Source: Planctomycetota bacterium
GTDB lineage: Bacteria; Planctomycetota; GCA-002687715; DRQF01
Direction: 5' to 3'
DNA: 44,478 nt
NCBI GenBank assembly: GCA_036479435.1
Contig: JAZGFI010000299.1
Location: 1-44,478 of the forward strand
Of the stretch, positions 27,131 through 35,125 are shown one piece after another (within the stretch, counting starts at the first letter, position 1; each line of letters begins with the position of its first letter). The notes beneath the pieces were generated by a model. That model saw only the letters and a program-made list of their open reading frames with translations. It ran no database searches and was not told where the DNA came from. Position numbers and translations under genes: made by a program.

Positions 27131-28486
27131 ATGGTGCGCGCGCATTGGGCTTCGAGATCTGGATTCATCCTGGCCGCGGCAGGTTCTGCGATTGGATTGG
27201 GCAACATCTGGAAGTTTCCCTACATCGCGGGTCATCACGGCGGTGGCGCCTTTGTGCTCATCTATTTGTTCTTTGTGGCTTTCGTCGGTTTGCCCTTGAT
27301 GATCGGCGAGGTGAGTTTAGGGCGCGCCGCCCAGATCTCACCAGTCGGCGCTTTTCGTCGTTTTGGGGCTGAAAATCGGCTGTGGCCTGGCATTGGGTTC
27401 CTTGGCGTAACCGCGGCTTTTTTACTGTTGTCCTTCTATGCCGTCGTGGCGGGTTGGGCGATGCACTATACATGGGAGGCCGCGACTGGAGCTTTGCCCG
27501 GCGCAGCCGATGGGGAGGCCGATCAGCACTTTGCGGCGGTCACCGAGAATTCTGCGCTTTGTGTCGGCTGGCAAGTGGGCTTCATGACGCTCGTCACGTT
27601 GGTGGTGTGGCGAGGGATTCGTGGCGGCATCGAAAAGTCTTGTCGCATCATGATGCCCGCGTTGGCGCTCATGATGCTCTATCTTTTTGCGCACGCGCTG
27701 AACTCCAGCGGATTCGCTGAGGCTCTGAATTTCATCTTTGGCTTGCACACCGATCGCTTGACTGCGGCCGGGGTCTTAGAGGCTTTAGGACACGCCTTTT
27801 TCACGCTTAGCCTGGGCGTGGGTGGGATGATCACCTACGGCAGCTACCTCGACAAGAAAACTGATGTTGTGGGCACGTCGATCTTGATCAGCGGGCTGGA
27901 TACGGGCTTTGCGCTTTTGGCGTGCATGATTTTTTTCCCCATCGTGTTTAGTTTCGGTCTCTCTCCGGAAGCTGGGCCTGGTTTGGTCTTTGTGAGTTTG
28001 CCCATCGCCTTTGCCCAGATGTCGGGCGGGGTGGTGCTGGCTTTCGTCTTTTTCTTGCTGTTGGTTTTCGCCGCTTTGTCTTCGGCCGTTAGTCTGCTCG
28101 AGATCGTGGTGAGCTACTTTATCGATGAGAAAGGATGGACGCGTCACCAGGCGGTTCTTGTGAGCGGTTTGGGTGTGACGGCTTTCGGAATTCCTTCGAG
28201 CTTGAGTTCCTCGACCGACCTGTTCGGCGAATCCATCATTGCCATCACGGGAAAGAACTGGTTCGACTCCGTTGACTACCTCGTTTCAAATTGGATGCTC
28301 CCGATGGGGGGGATGGGGCTCGCGCTTTTCATGGCGTGGCGAATGAACGCAGCCGCCCGGCTTGAGGCCTACGGCGATCAAAGCCGCTGGCTGCGGTTTT
28401 ACGGGCTATGGCTGGCGTTACTGAAGTGGTTTATCCCTTTGTCGATCTTTTTGGTCCTGCTGAATCTGATCGGGGTCTTTGGCTAA
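27131..28486 (+). CDS. Sodium-dependent transporter, neurotransmitter:sodium symporter (NSS/SNF) family
   Basis: GFILAAAGSAIGLGNIWKFPY, GGGAF, AFFTLSLG, GPGLVFVSLP. Confidence 0.96.
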   Translation: MVRAHWASRSGFILAAAGSAIGLGNIWKFPYIAGHHGGGAFVLIYLFFVAFVGLPLMIGEVSLGRAAQISPVGAFRRFGAENRLWPGIGFLGVTAAFLLLSFYAVVAGWAMHYTWEAATGALPGAADGEADQHFAAVTENSALCVGWQVGFMTLVTLVVWRGIRGGIEKSCRIMMPALALMMLYLFAHALNSSGFAEALNFIFGLHTDRLTAAGVLEALGHAFFTLSLGVGGMITYGSYLDKKTDVVGTSILISGLDTGFALLACMIFFPIVFSFGLSPEAGPGLVFVSLPIAFAQMSGGVVLAFVFFLLLVFAALSSAVSLLEIVVSYFIDEKGWTRHQAVLVSGLGVTAFGIPSSLSSSTDLFGESIIAITGKNWFDSVDYLVSNWMLPMGGMGLALFMAWRMNAAARLEAYGDQSRWLRFYGLWLALLKWFIPLSIFLVLLNLIGVFG

Positions 28487-28552
28487 GTCTCGTTGCGTTG
28501 CCAAATAGGCTCAGGCTGATCTCCCGGCGAACCCGATATATACCCAGACTCG

Positions 28553-29014
28553 GTGAAGTCTGCGGAGGACAGGGTGGGCTATTCGTTTGATTTTCTGAAT
28601 GATCACGTCGTGGTATGCGGGTTTGGCCGCATGGGCCGCGCGGTTTGCGACGAATTACGCCGGCAGAGCATGGCTTTTGTGGTCATCGAATCGGACCAAG
28701 ATCGCTTCCATGATCTCCTTGAGATCGGCTACCAAGGCCTATCTGGCCGCCCCTCTGCCGAAGAAAACCTCCGCGACGCTGGAATCGAGCGTGCGCGTTG
28801 CCTGATCGCGACCCTGGACGGAGGCAGCGGGAACGTCGTTGTCGCCCAGGCCGCCCGCCGCCTGAATGCCGACGTCGAAATTGTCGCCCATTCGGACCGC
28901 GAAGAGGACGCCAAGATGCTCCTTTTGGCCGGTGCCAACCGGGTCATCACGCCCATCACGGTTGGCGCACGCGAAATTGCCAGGGCGGCCAGCCGACCCT
29001 CGGCGCCTCTTTAA
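28553..29014 (+). CDS. Stand-alone TrkA-N/RCK_N NAD-binding domain protein
   Basis: DHVVVCGFGRMG, AGIERARCLI, AGANRVITP; no TM segment and no RCK_C domain. Confidence 0.82.
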   Translation: MKSAEDRVGYSFDFLNDHVVVCGFGRMGRAVCDELRRQSMAFVVIESDQDRFHDLLEIGYQGLSGRPSAEENLRDAGIERARCLIATLDGGSGNVVVAQAARRLNADVEIVAHSDREEDAKMLLLAGANRVITPITVGAREIARAASRPSAPL

Positions 29015-29066
29015 TAGGTCTATCGTCGCTGTGATTGTCGCCCCCTGTTGGCTCGCCATTGCTGAA

Positions 29067-29099
29067 TTGCACCTGCAATAAATAGGTGTTATTATTGCA
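29067..29099 (+). promoter_or_regulatory. Sigma70-like promoter with an overlapping inverted-repeat operator for the toxin-antitoxin operon
   Basis: TTGCAC (29067-72), 17-nt spacer, TATTAT (29090-95); TGCAATAA-N10-TTATTGCA at 29074-29099. Confidence 0.7.
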
Positions 29100-29116
29100 T
29101 CTGAAAGGGGCGAATC

Positions 29117-29491
29117 TTGACGGCGCGAAAGAAAAAAATACAAGTCGATCCTGCCGCGGTACTAAGCCGCGCTTTGCTCCGTGCCGCTGAAGAGCTCGAA
29201 TTCGCCCGCCGGCCCTTGGCGCGTGTCTTGGGGGTGAGCGAAGCGACGCTCTCGCGCCTATCCGCCGGCCGAAATATAGACCCCGAATCCAAAGAGGGCG
29301 AGTTGGCTCGATTGTTCTTGCGCCTTTATCGCAGCTTGGACGCCCTGGTTGGCGGCGACCGCGAAAAAGCGCGCCTTTGGTTTCAGGCCGAAAACTCTCA
29401 CCTCAATGGGCGTCCCGAAGAACTCGTGACCAAAGTGGAAGGGCTCGTCCGTGTCATCGACTATTTGGACGCGATGCGCGGGAAGTTCTAG
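29117..29491 (+). CDS. Xre/MbcA/ParS-type antitoxin
   Basis: HTH LARVLGVSEATLSRL; FLRLYRSLDALVGG...WFQAENSHLNGRP...VIDYLDAMRG. Confidence 0.92.
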   Translation: MTARKKKIQVDPAAVLSRALLRAAEELEFARRPLARVLGVSEATLSRLSAGRNIDPESKEGELARLFLRLYRSLDALVGGDREKARLWFQAENSHLNGRPEELVTKVEGLVRVIDYLDAMRGKF

Positions 29492-30191
29492 GCTAAAGCC
29501 GATCGCCGGTCGCGCGTGGCGTATGGTTGAGTCTCAACACCGAGTCTCGACTTTGAAGCTTGTCGATAATCTTGAAGAACAAGCTGTCCTTGAAGATCTC
29601 ATTGAATCCGCAAAGCCGCCGCGACCCCAAGGCCCGGAATTCGCCCGTCTTCACTACCTATTGGCGACGCCTTTTCGGTATCCGCCGCTTCGCCATGGGT
29701 CGCGTTTTGGGACCGCCATCGTGCGCGGAATCTGGTACGGCTCCCGTAGCCCCCACACTGTCATGGCCGAAGTCGCCCACTACCGATTTCTGTTTCTTGA
29801 CGGCAGCGCGGCCGATCTTCGCCAACTGGTAACCGAACACAGCCTGTTTCACGTGCCCCTCGCGACGGAAAAGGGCATCGACTTGACGACTCTGCCGTTT
29901 AGTGAGTACGAGGCTCGTTTCAAATCCAAAACGGACTACCGCAGTACTCAGGCCCTAGGGCAGGCGATGCGCGAAGCCGGGGTGGAGGCTTTTCTTTTTC
30001 GTTCAGCGCGAGACCCTGAAGGCGGGAGCAACGTCGGGGTCTTTAGTCCGCGCGCCTTCGCCCGCAAGACACCTCTTCCGTCCACTCCTCAGACTTGGCG
30101 TTGCTTAGCCAACGACCACGAAGTGGTTTTTAGCCGCATCAATTCCATGAGCGCGCAATCTATGGCATTTGGCCGCGAGGTTTCGGCCTAA
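29451..30191 (+). CDS. RES domain toxin (NAD+ phosphorylase family)
   Basis: WRMVESQ, HYLLATPFRYPPLRHGSRFG, AEVAHY, FRSARD (R-E-S residues); overlaps the antitoxin 3' end by 41 nt. Confidence 0.93.
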   Translation: MSSTIWTRCAGSSRLKPIAGRAWRMVESQHRVSTLKLVDNLEEQAVLEDLIESAKPPRPQGPEFARLHYLLATPFRYPPLRHGSRFGTAIVRGIWYGSRSPHTVMAEVAHYRFLFLDGSAADLRQLVTEHSLFHVPLATEKGIDLTTLPFSEYEARFKSKTDYRSTQALGQAMREAGVEAFLFRSARDPEGGSNVGVFSPRAFARKTPLPSTPQTWRCLANDHEVVFSRINSMSAQSMAFGREVSA

Positions 30192-30230
30192 ACGTTAGGG
30201 TGGTGGTCTCAAACCTCGGAGGCCCTTTTC

Positions 30231-31499
30231 ATGACAATTCGGTTCACTCTCATCGCGGTTTGCTTGCCGGTCTTTTTGTTGCTGGGGTGCAAAGAAAAAG
30301 AATCCCCCCATTGCCAACCCGCCCCGGGTCCCCCGATGGTCGGCAGGTGGCAAGCTCATTTGAAGGCGGATGGACGTCAGGTTGACTTTGAATTCTCCAT
30401 CACGGGCAAAGCATCCGATCGACGGGCTTTCCTCCACAACGGATCAGAAAAGATCGAGATTCCGCTGATCAAAGAGACGAGGACTGAGATCCGGCTTGAG
30501 TTTCCTCACTATGACTCCCGCATCGAAGCTCTTTTTGGCTCGGGCCCGCATTGCACGTTTCTTTTGGGAACTTGGACCAAGTCGCGCGGCAACGGTCATT
30601 CACAGCAAATGGAGTTTGTGGCCAACCTGATCGAGGAGCCCCAGCAACTCAGCGTATTGCCTTCGAATGCGCCGAAGCTATCCGGTCGTTGGCGCGTGAG
30701 ATTTTCGAGCTCAGAAGAAGATGCCGTGGCGATCTTAGAGACCAAACCGGGGCGGGGAATAGAGGGAACTTTCTTAACGACAACCGGTGACTATCGTTAC
30801 TTGTCGGGAAGTCGTGATGCGACGGGTAGCGCGTTTACCTTGAGTTGCTTTGACGGCGCTCACGCCTTCGTCTTTCGCGCCCGGCTCACCGAAAGGGGCA
30901 TCATCGAAGGTGACTTTTGGTCCGGTGCAACTTGGCACGAGACCTTTCGCGCCGAACGCGACGACAAGGCTAAGCTCAACGACGGCTTCCAACGCACGCG
31001 CTGGAATGATCAAGTGCCGCTCGCATCCTTGAGTTTTCCGGACTTGAAAGGAAAGATCAGAAGCCTCAACGACAAGGCCTTTCAAGGCCGAGCTCGCATC
31101 ATTCAGATTTTCGGCACTTGGTGTCCCAACTGTCACGACGCCGCCCAATTTCTCGCCGAACTACAAAGAGATTACGGTGAAAAGGGCCTTTCAATTCTCG
31201 GCCTAGCCTTCGAGCACGACATGGTCTTCGAGCGTTCCGTTCGCCAAGTAGAGCATTACCAAAAACGCAACGGCTGCTCGTACCCGGTTCTCATCGCCGG
31301 CACCTCAAACAAAAAGGCCGCCACTGCCGCCTTCCGCGGCTTAGATTTCATCCGCTCGTTCCCCACCACCATTTTCCTCCACGCCGACGGCCGCATCCGC
31401 GCCATCTACTCCGGCTTCGACGGCCCCGCCACCGGCCAAGCCCACCAAACCCTCAAACAATCCTACCGCACTATCATCGAAGACCTCTTAGCCAACTAA
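30231..31499 (+). CDS. TlpA-family thiol-disulfide oxidoreductase lipoprotein with N-terminal beta domains
   Basis: Lipobox LLGC; GTFLTTTGDYRYL, FDGAHAF; GTWCPNCHD, SFPTTIF. Confidence 0.9.
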   Translation: MTIRFTLIAVCLPVFLLLGCKEKESPHCQPAPGPPMVGRWQAHLKADGRQVDFEFSITGKASDRRAFLHNGSEKIEIPLIKETRTEIRLEFPHYDSRIEALFGSGPHCTFLLGTWTKSRGNGHSQQMEFVANLIEEPQQLSVLPSNAPKLSGRWRVRFSSSEEDAVAILETKPGRGIEGTFLTTTGDYRYLSGSRDATGSAFTLSCFDGAHAFVFRARLTERGIIEGDFWSGATWHETFRAERDDKAKLNDGFQRTRWNDQVPLASLSFPDLKGKIRSLNDKAFQGRARIIQIFGTWCPNCHDAAQFLAELQRDYGEKGLSILGLAFEHDMVFERSVRQVEHYQKRNGCSYPVLIAGTSNKKAATAAFRGLDFIRSFPTTIFLHADGRIRAIYSGFDGPATGQAHQTLKQSYRTIIEDLLAN

Positions 31500-31500
31500 A

Positions 31501-31523
31501 CCCCAAACCTTCAGGGTTTGGGG
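31501..31523. terminator. Hairpin between convergent genes
   Basis: ccccaaacct-tca-gggtttgggg at the junction of the TlpA and MFS stop codons. Confidence 0.45.
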
Positions 31524-32836
31524 CTTGAGGTTTGGGCTCGGCGGGATTGTTCTTGGGCGAGGCGGTTGAGGATCCAGAGCCAGAGGAGGGCCATGGGAAG
31601 GGCTACCGTGGCGATGGCCCCCATGCCGAGGCTGAGCGTCGCTCGAAAGAAATTGAAGAACTGGGCGCCTAAGACGTCGGCGGCGCGAAAGACCAAGGTG
31701 TCGATGGCGCTTTTGGCTTTGTAGCGATCGGCGCGATCGACGACCGTGTAGAGAACTTGTCGGGCGGGTGACGCAAAGCCGTAGGAAGATGACCGCCGGA
31801 GGACCTGGAAGACGACGATCGCGATCAAACCCGGTGCCAAGGCCAAACCCGCGAAGCCCAATAGGCAAACGGTTGGAAGTACGAACAAGGCGGCCCTAAG
31901 CCCGAAGCGCCGCATCAAGCGGCCCGCAATGGCCAGCTCAAAAAACAGAGTGAGGCCTTGGACCCAAAGGTTGATCGTGGCGAAGAGTTCGGTGCGTTCG
32001 GCTCGATTGGCGAAGGCCGCTTCAACGATGTGGGCTTGCTCGAAGTAGGCGAAAGTGGCGAGAGTCTTGTCGAGCATGACGGCGGCGCAGATGCCGAGTA
32101 AGTAATTGGATCGCGCGATCCTCGTCAGGCCGTCAAAGTAGCGGCCGCCGATGGTCTCGTTGTCGAGATCGTCTTTAGTCGCGGATTGTGGATTCGCGGG
32201 TTTTGAGCCGGCCTGGCCCAAAAGCCACACGAAGACGATGGCGAGCTGCAATAAGCTCATGGGAACCCAGAGCAAGTTGATGCTTCCCCATCTCTCGGCG
32301 AGACCAGCGGCAATGAGGGAGCCTGCAAAAGCACCGCAGGTGCCGCCGGCGGCGACTGCGGGGAACAGCCGTCGCGCCGCTTCCTCGGGAAAGGTGTCCG
32401 CCATGAAACTCCAAAAGACGGAGACGACAAAGACGGTGTAGACACTGGTCCAGATGAAAAAGACGCGCGGCAGCGTGGGGCCTGGAAACAGATCGAAATG
32501 AAAAGCCAACCAGAAGGCTAAAAGGTTGAAGGCGAAGAACTGATAGGTCCAGGGAATGAACTTCTTGCGCGGCCAAATCGAAGCGACTTTCCCGTAGAGC
32601 AACAGCGCCGGAATCGTCGCGCAGAAAGTTCCCAGGAAAAGCCAGGAGAGGGCTCGGACACCGCCTTCGATGCCCATCGTTTCGCGCAAAGGCCGGATGA
32701 CGAAATAGCCGCCCAAAAGGCAAAAGAAGTAGGCGAAGGCCAAGCCGAAAGTTCGACCTTCACCCGCCTTGATCTGGGTCCAGCGACTTAGCCTTATCAT
32801 TACCGTATTTGAGAACTCAGACTCGGAGGCATCCAA
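31511..32836 (-). CDS. MFS transporter, NTP/NDP-exchange (TLC/Npt1-like) family
   Basis: YFFCLLGGYFVIRPLRETMG, VSVFWSFMAD, ARRLFP, PARQVLYTVV, YKAKSAIDTLVFRAAD; start may instead be the ATG at 32800. Confidence 0.88.
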   Translation of the reverse strand: MDASESEFSNTVMIRLSRWTQIKAGEGRTFGLAFAYFFCLLGGYFVIRPLRETMGIEGGVRALSWLFLGTFCATIPALLLYGKVASIWPRKKFIPWTYQFFAFNLLAFWLAFHFDLFPGPTLPRVFFIWTSVYTVFVVSVFWSFMADTFPEEAARRLFPAVAAGGTCGAFAGSLIAAGLAERWGSINLLWVPMSLLQLAIVFVWLLGQAGSKPANPQSATKDDLDNETIGGRYFDGLTRIARSNYLLGICAAVMLDKTLATFAYFEQAHIVEAAFANRAERTELFATINLWVQGLTLFFELAIAGRLMRRFGLRAALFVLPTVCLLGFAGLALAPGLIAIVVFQVLRRSSSYGFASPARQVLYTVVDRADRYKAKSAIDTLVFRAADVLGAQFFNFFRATLSLGMGAIATVALPMALLWLWILNRLAQEQSRRAQTSSPKP

Positions 32837-32947
32837 GGCCTAGTGGGTTGTGAGGTAAATTTGCGGCCTATCAGCCAACGCGAAGACACCCGGCGACAAG
32901 ACGCAATGCGATTCACTTCACATGTCACGAATTTACTCTGCAACGCA

Positions 32948-34135
32948 CTAGTTGGCGCCGCTCTTCTCTTTGTTCTGGCTCTTTTTTTGGCGGGCGGCAT
33001 CGAGAGCCTCGAAGATTGCCTTTTCTTTCTTCGGAGATAAACCAGTGCGCATTCTGTAGCTGGCACCACGGCCCTTGTGAAACCTCAGGGTGTCGGCAAC
33101 GGTGTCTTCGAGGGAGCGAAACTTGAGCCCCGCTGCGACGGCGTGGGAGTTGTCGCAAATGGCGGCGCGGTCGAGGCCTTTTCCCTTTCCACTCCAGATC
33201 GGGAAAGAGCGGCCAAGCGAGACCTTGAGGTTTTTGAGCTTATCCTCAGCGACCCACTCAAAGGTGGCATCGCTTTTCGAAACCGATTTGCAGGTCTTTA
33301 GAAACTCGCCCATCGCGGTGGGCTTGTTCGGGCCCAAGGCATTGAAGGTGCCAGCCTTTTTCTTTTCACAAAGGGCGATGCACCACTCGGCAAGATCACG
33401 CACGTCGATGTATTGAATCGTCAAATCGGGGGTTCCGGGTACGACGACGCGCCCGCCTTTGGCCACTCTTGCCGGCCAATAGGTAAAACGATCGCTAGGG
33501 TCTTTGCGGCCGACAATGTAGCCCGGTCGCACTTTGGCGACGCGGCCTGGCATCGCCTCTTCGATGGCTTCTTCACAGAGCGCTTTGAAGGGACCGTATG
33601 TGTTGTTTTTTACGTCCCCCATCGTCAGTTTTTCAAAGTCGTAGGCTTCGGGGTTTTTGAGTCTATGTACCGGGGTCTTGATGTTGGTGTCGATATCGAG
33701 GTCGGGATAAACCGAAATCGAAGAGATGAAGAGGTAGAAACTCGAGTCCTTCAGCGCCGCGGCCGAGAGTTCCGCCTGATTCGGCAAGTAGGCGGAAGTG
33801 TCGATCACGGCGTCGAAGACTCGGCTCTTCAGGGATTTGAGGTCGTTATTGCGGTCGCCTTTTAGCTTCTCGAGTTCGGGAAAGAGGTGAGGGTTGGTTC
33901 TTCCTCGATTAAACAGAGTCACGGTGTGACCGCGTGCGGCAGCTGCCGCGACAAGAGCAGGCCCGACGAACTTGGTGCCACCCAGGATCAGAATCTTGAG
34001 TTTGGGCGTCTTGTCTGGGCCCTGGTCACGGTCCTGCAATCCGAGGAATTCGCGCACACAAGTGTCAGCGGGCAGGATAGACGCTGCACCTGCGGCGGCA
34101 GACTTCTGCAGAAAATCACGTCGGCTAAACGTCAT
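32948..34135 (-). CDS. NAD-dependent epimerase/dehydratase (atypical SDR) with a twin-arginine signal
   Basis: SRRDFLQK N-terminus; ILILGGTKFVG, TLFNRG, YGPFK (YxxxK), RPGYIVG, DRFTYWP, IDVRDLA. Confidence 0.9.
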   Translation of the reverse strand: MTFSRRDFLQKSAAAGAASILPADTCVREFLGLQDRDQGPDKTPKLKILILGGTKFVGPALVAAAAARGHTVTLFNRGRTNPHLFPELEKLKGDRNNDLKSLKSRVFDAVIDTSAYLPNQAELSAAALKDSSFYLFISSISVYPDLDIDTNIKTPVHRLKNPEAYDFEKLTMGDVKNNTYGPFKALCEEAIEEAMPGRVAKVRPGYIVGRKDPSDRFTYWPARVAKGGRVVVPGTPDLTIQYIDVRDLAEWCIALCEKKKAGTFNALGPNKPTAMGEFLKTCKSVSKSDATFEWVAEDKLKNLKVSLGRSFPIWSGKGKGLDRAAICDNSHAVAAGLKFRSLEDTVADTLRFHKGRGASYRMRTGLSPKKEKAIFEALDAARQKKSQNKEKSGAN

Positions 34136-34182
34136 GAGAATACCTCCAGTTGGGAGATCAACGACTGGCCGCGTACTTGCTT

Positions 34183-35037
34183 TCAGCGAAAGAGATCCAA
34201 GAAAACATCCGCGGCATCGACGATCGTATCGTAGAGGTCTCGGGGTCGCCGACGCCCTTGGGGGAAAATGGCCTGATCCTGGCCCATGTTGACGTAAGAG
34301 TTCTTGTACTTGACGTTACTGTCCCCAAAACCGAGATCTCTGGATTTTTGGAGCCCTCCTTGACGGAGGAACTCGACAATGGCTTCTAGTTCTTTTGCGT
34401 CCAGCCAGATGCCGTGCTCGCGGCAGACGTCGATCATGATGCCCGAAATGCCACCGAAGTTTTTTGGGACCATCTTGTCTGAACAGGTCAAGCAGTCCAG
34501 ATAGCGAAACTCGTGGCGCTCCAGTTCTGTAAGCCCACTTGTTTTCTTGTTGACGTTGGCGATCGGGTTGCGCTGCACATCTTCACAGATGCGGTCGAAA
34601 ATACCGGGGACAATCCAGACGCCGGTGCAAGCGCTACATTCTACGATGCTTTCGTTGTTGAGCACGCGCGTTTGCAACTCGCCTTCGCAGCGGGGGCAAG
34701 CGCGGTCCATCGGGACCGGGCGTATCGACTGCGGTTGAATGCCGGTTCCGCATTCGGTGCAGAATTTCGATGTCCCAGGGATGCGCGCGTAGCACTCGGG
34801 GCAAACTGAGGTGAGGTCGCGGTCAGAAAACGCCACGGCGCCCTGGCAGTAGGGGCAGAGTTTTGCACCCGCTTCAATTTGCCCGGCACAGGTTGAGCAC
34901 CGCAAGATCCGCGGCTGGTGAGCCTTGGGCTTTTGGACTTCGAACACTTCGTCGCAAAGGCAACGCACACGCTCGCCGATCTTGTGTCCCGAGACGTCGA
35001 ACTGTCGGTGGCATTTCTTGCAGGCGATTAGATCCAT
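34183..35037 (-). CDS. Multi-zinc-ribbon protein (double zinc ribbon plus two zf-TFIIB-like domains)
   Basis: CKKC/CLC, CSTC/CPYC, CPEC/CTEC, CPRC/CSAC-GVW, CLTC/CREHGIWLD. Confidence 0.85.
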   Translation of the reverse strand: MDLIACKKCHRQFDVSGHKIGERVRCLCDEVFEVQKPKAHQPRILRCSTCAGQIEAGAKLCPYCQGAVAFSDRDLTSVCPECYARIPGTSKFCTECGTGIQPQSIRPVPMDRACPRCEGELQTRVLNNESIVECSACTGVWIVPGIFDRICEDVQRNPIANVNKKTSGLTELERHEFRYLDCLTCSDKMVPKNFGGISGIMIDVCREHGIWLDAKELEAIVEFLRQGGLQKSRDLGFGDSNVKYKNSYVNMGQDQAIFPQGRRRPRDLYDTIVDAADVFLDLFR

Positions 35038-35125
35038 GCCCTTTTCCCCAAAAGATTGGGTTCACTCCGCAGCTAGTGAAACCGTCGAGTATCTCTTAAC
35101 CCTTTGGCTGCGTTAACGCACTCGC

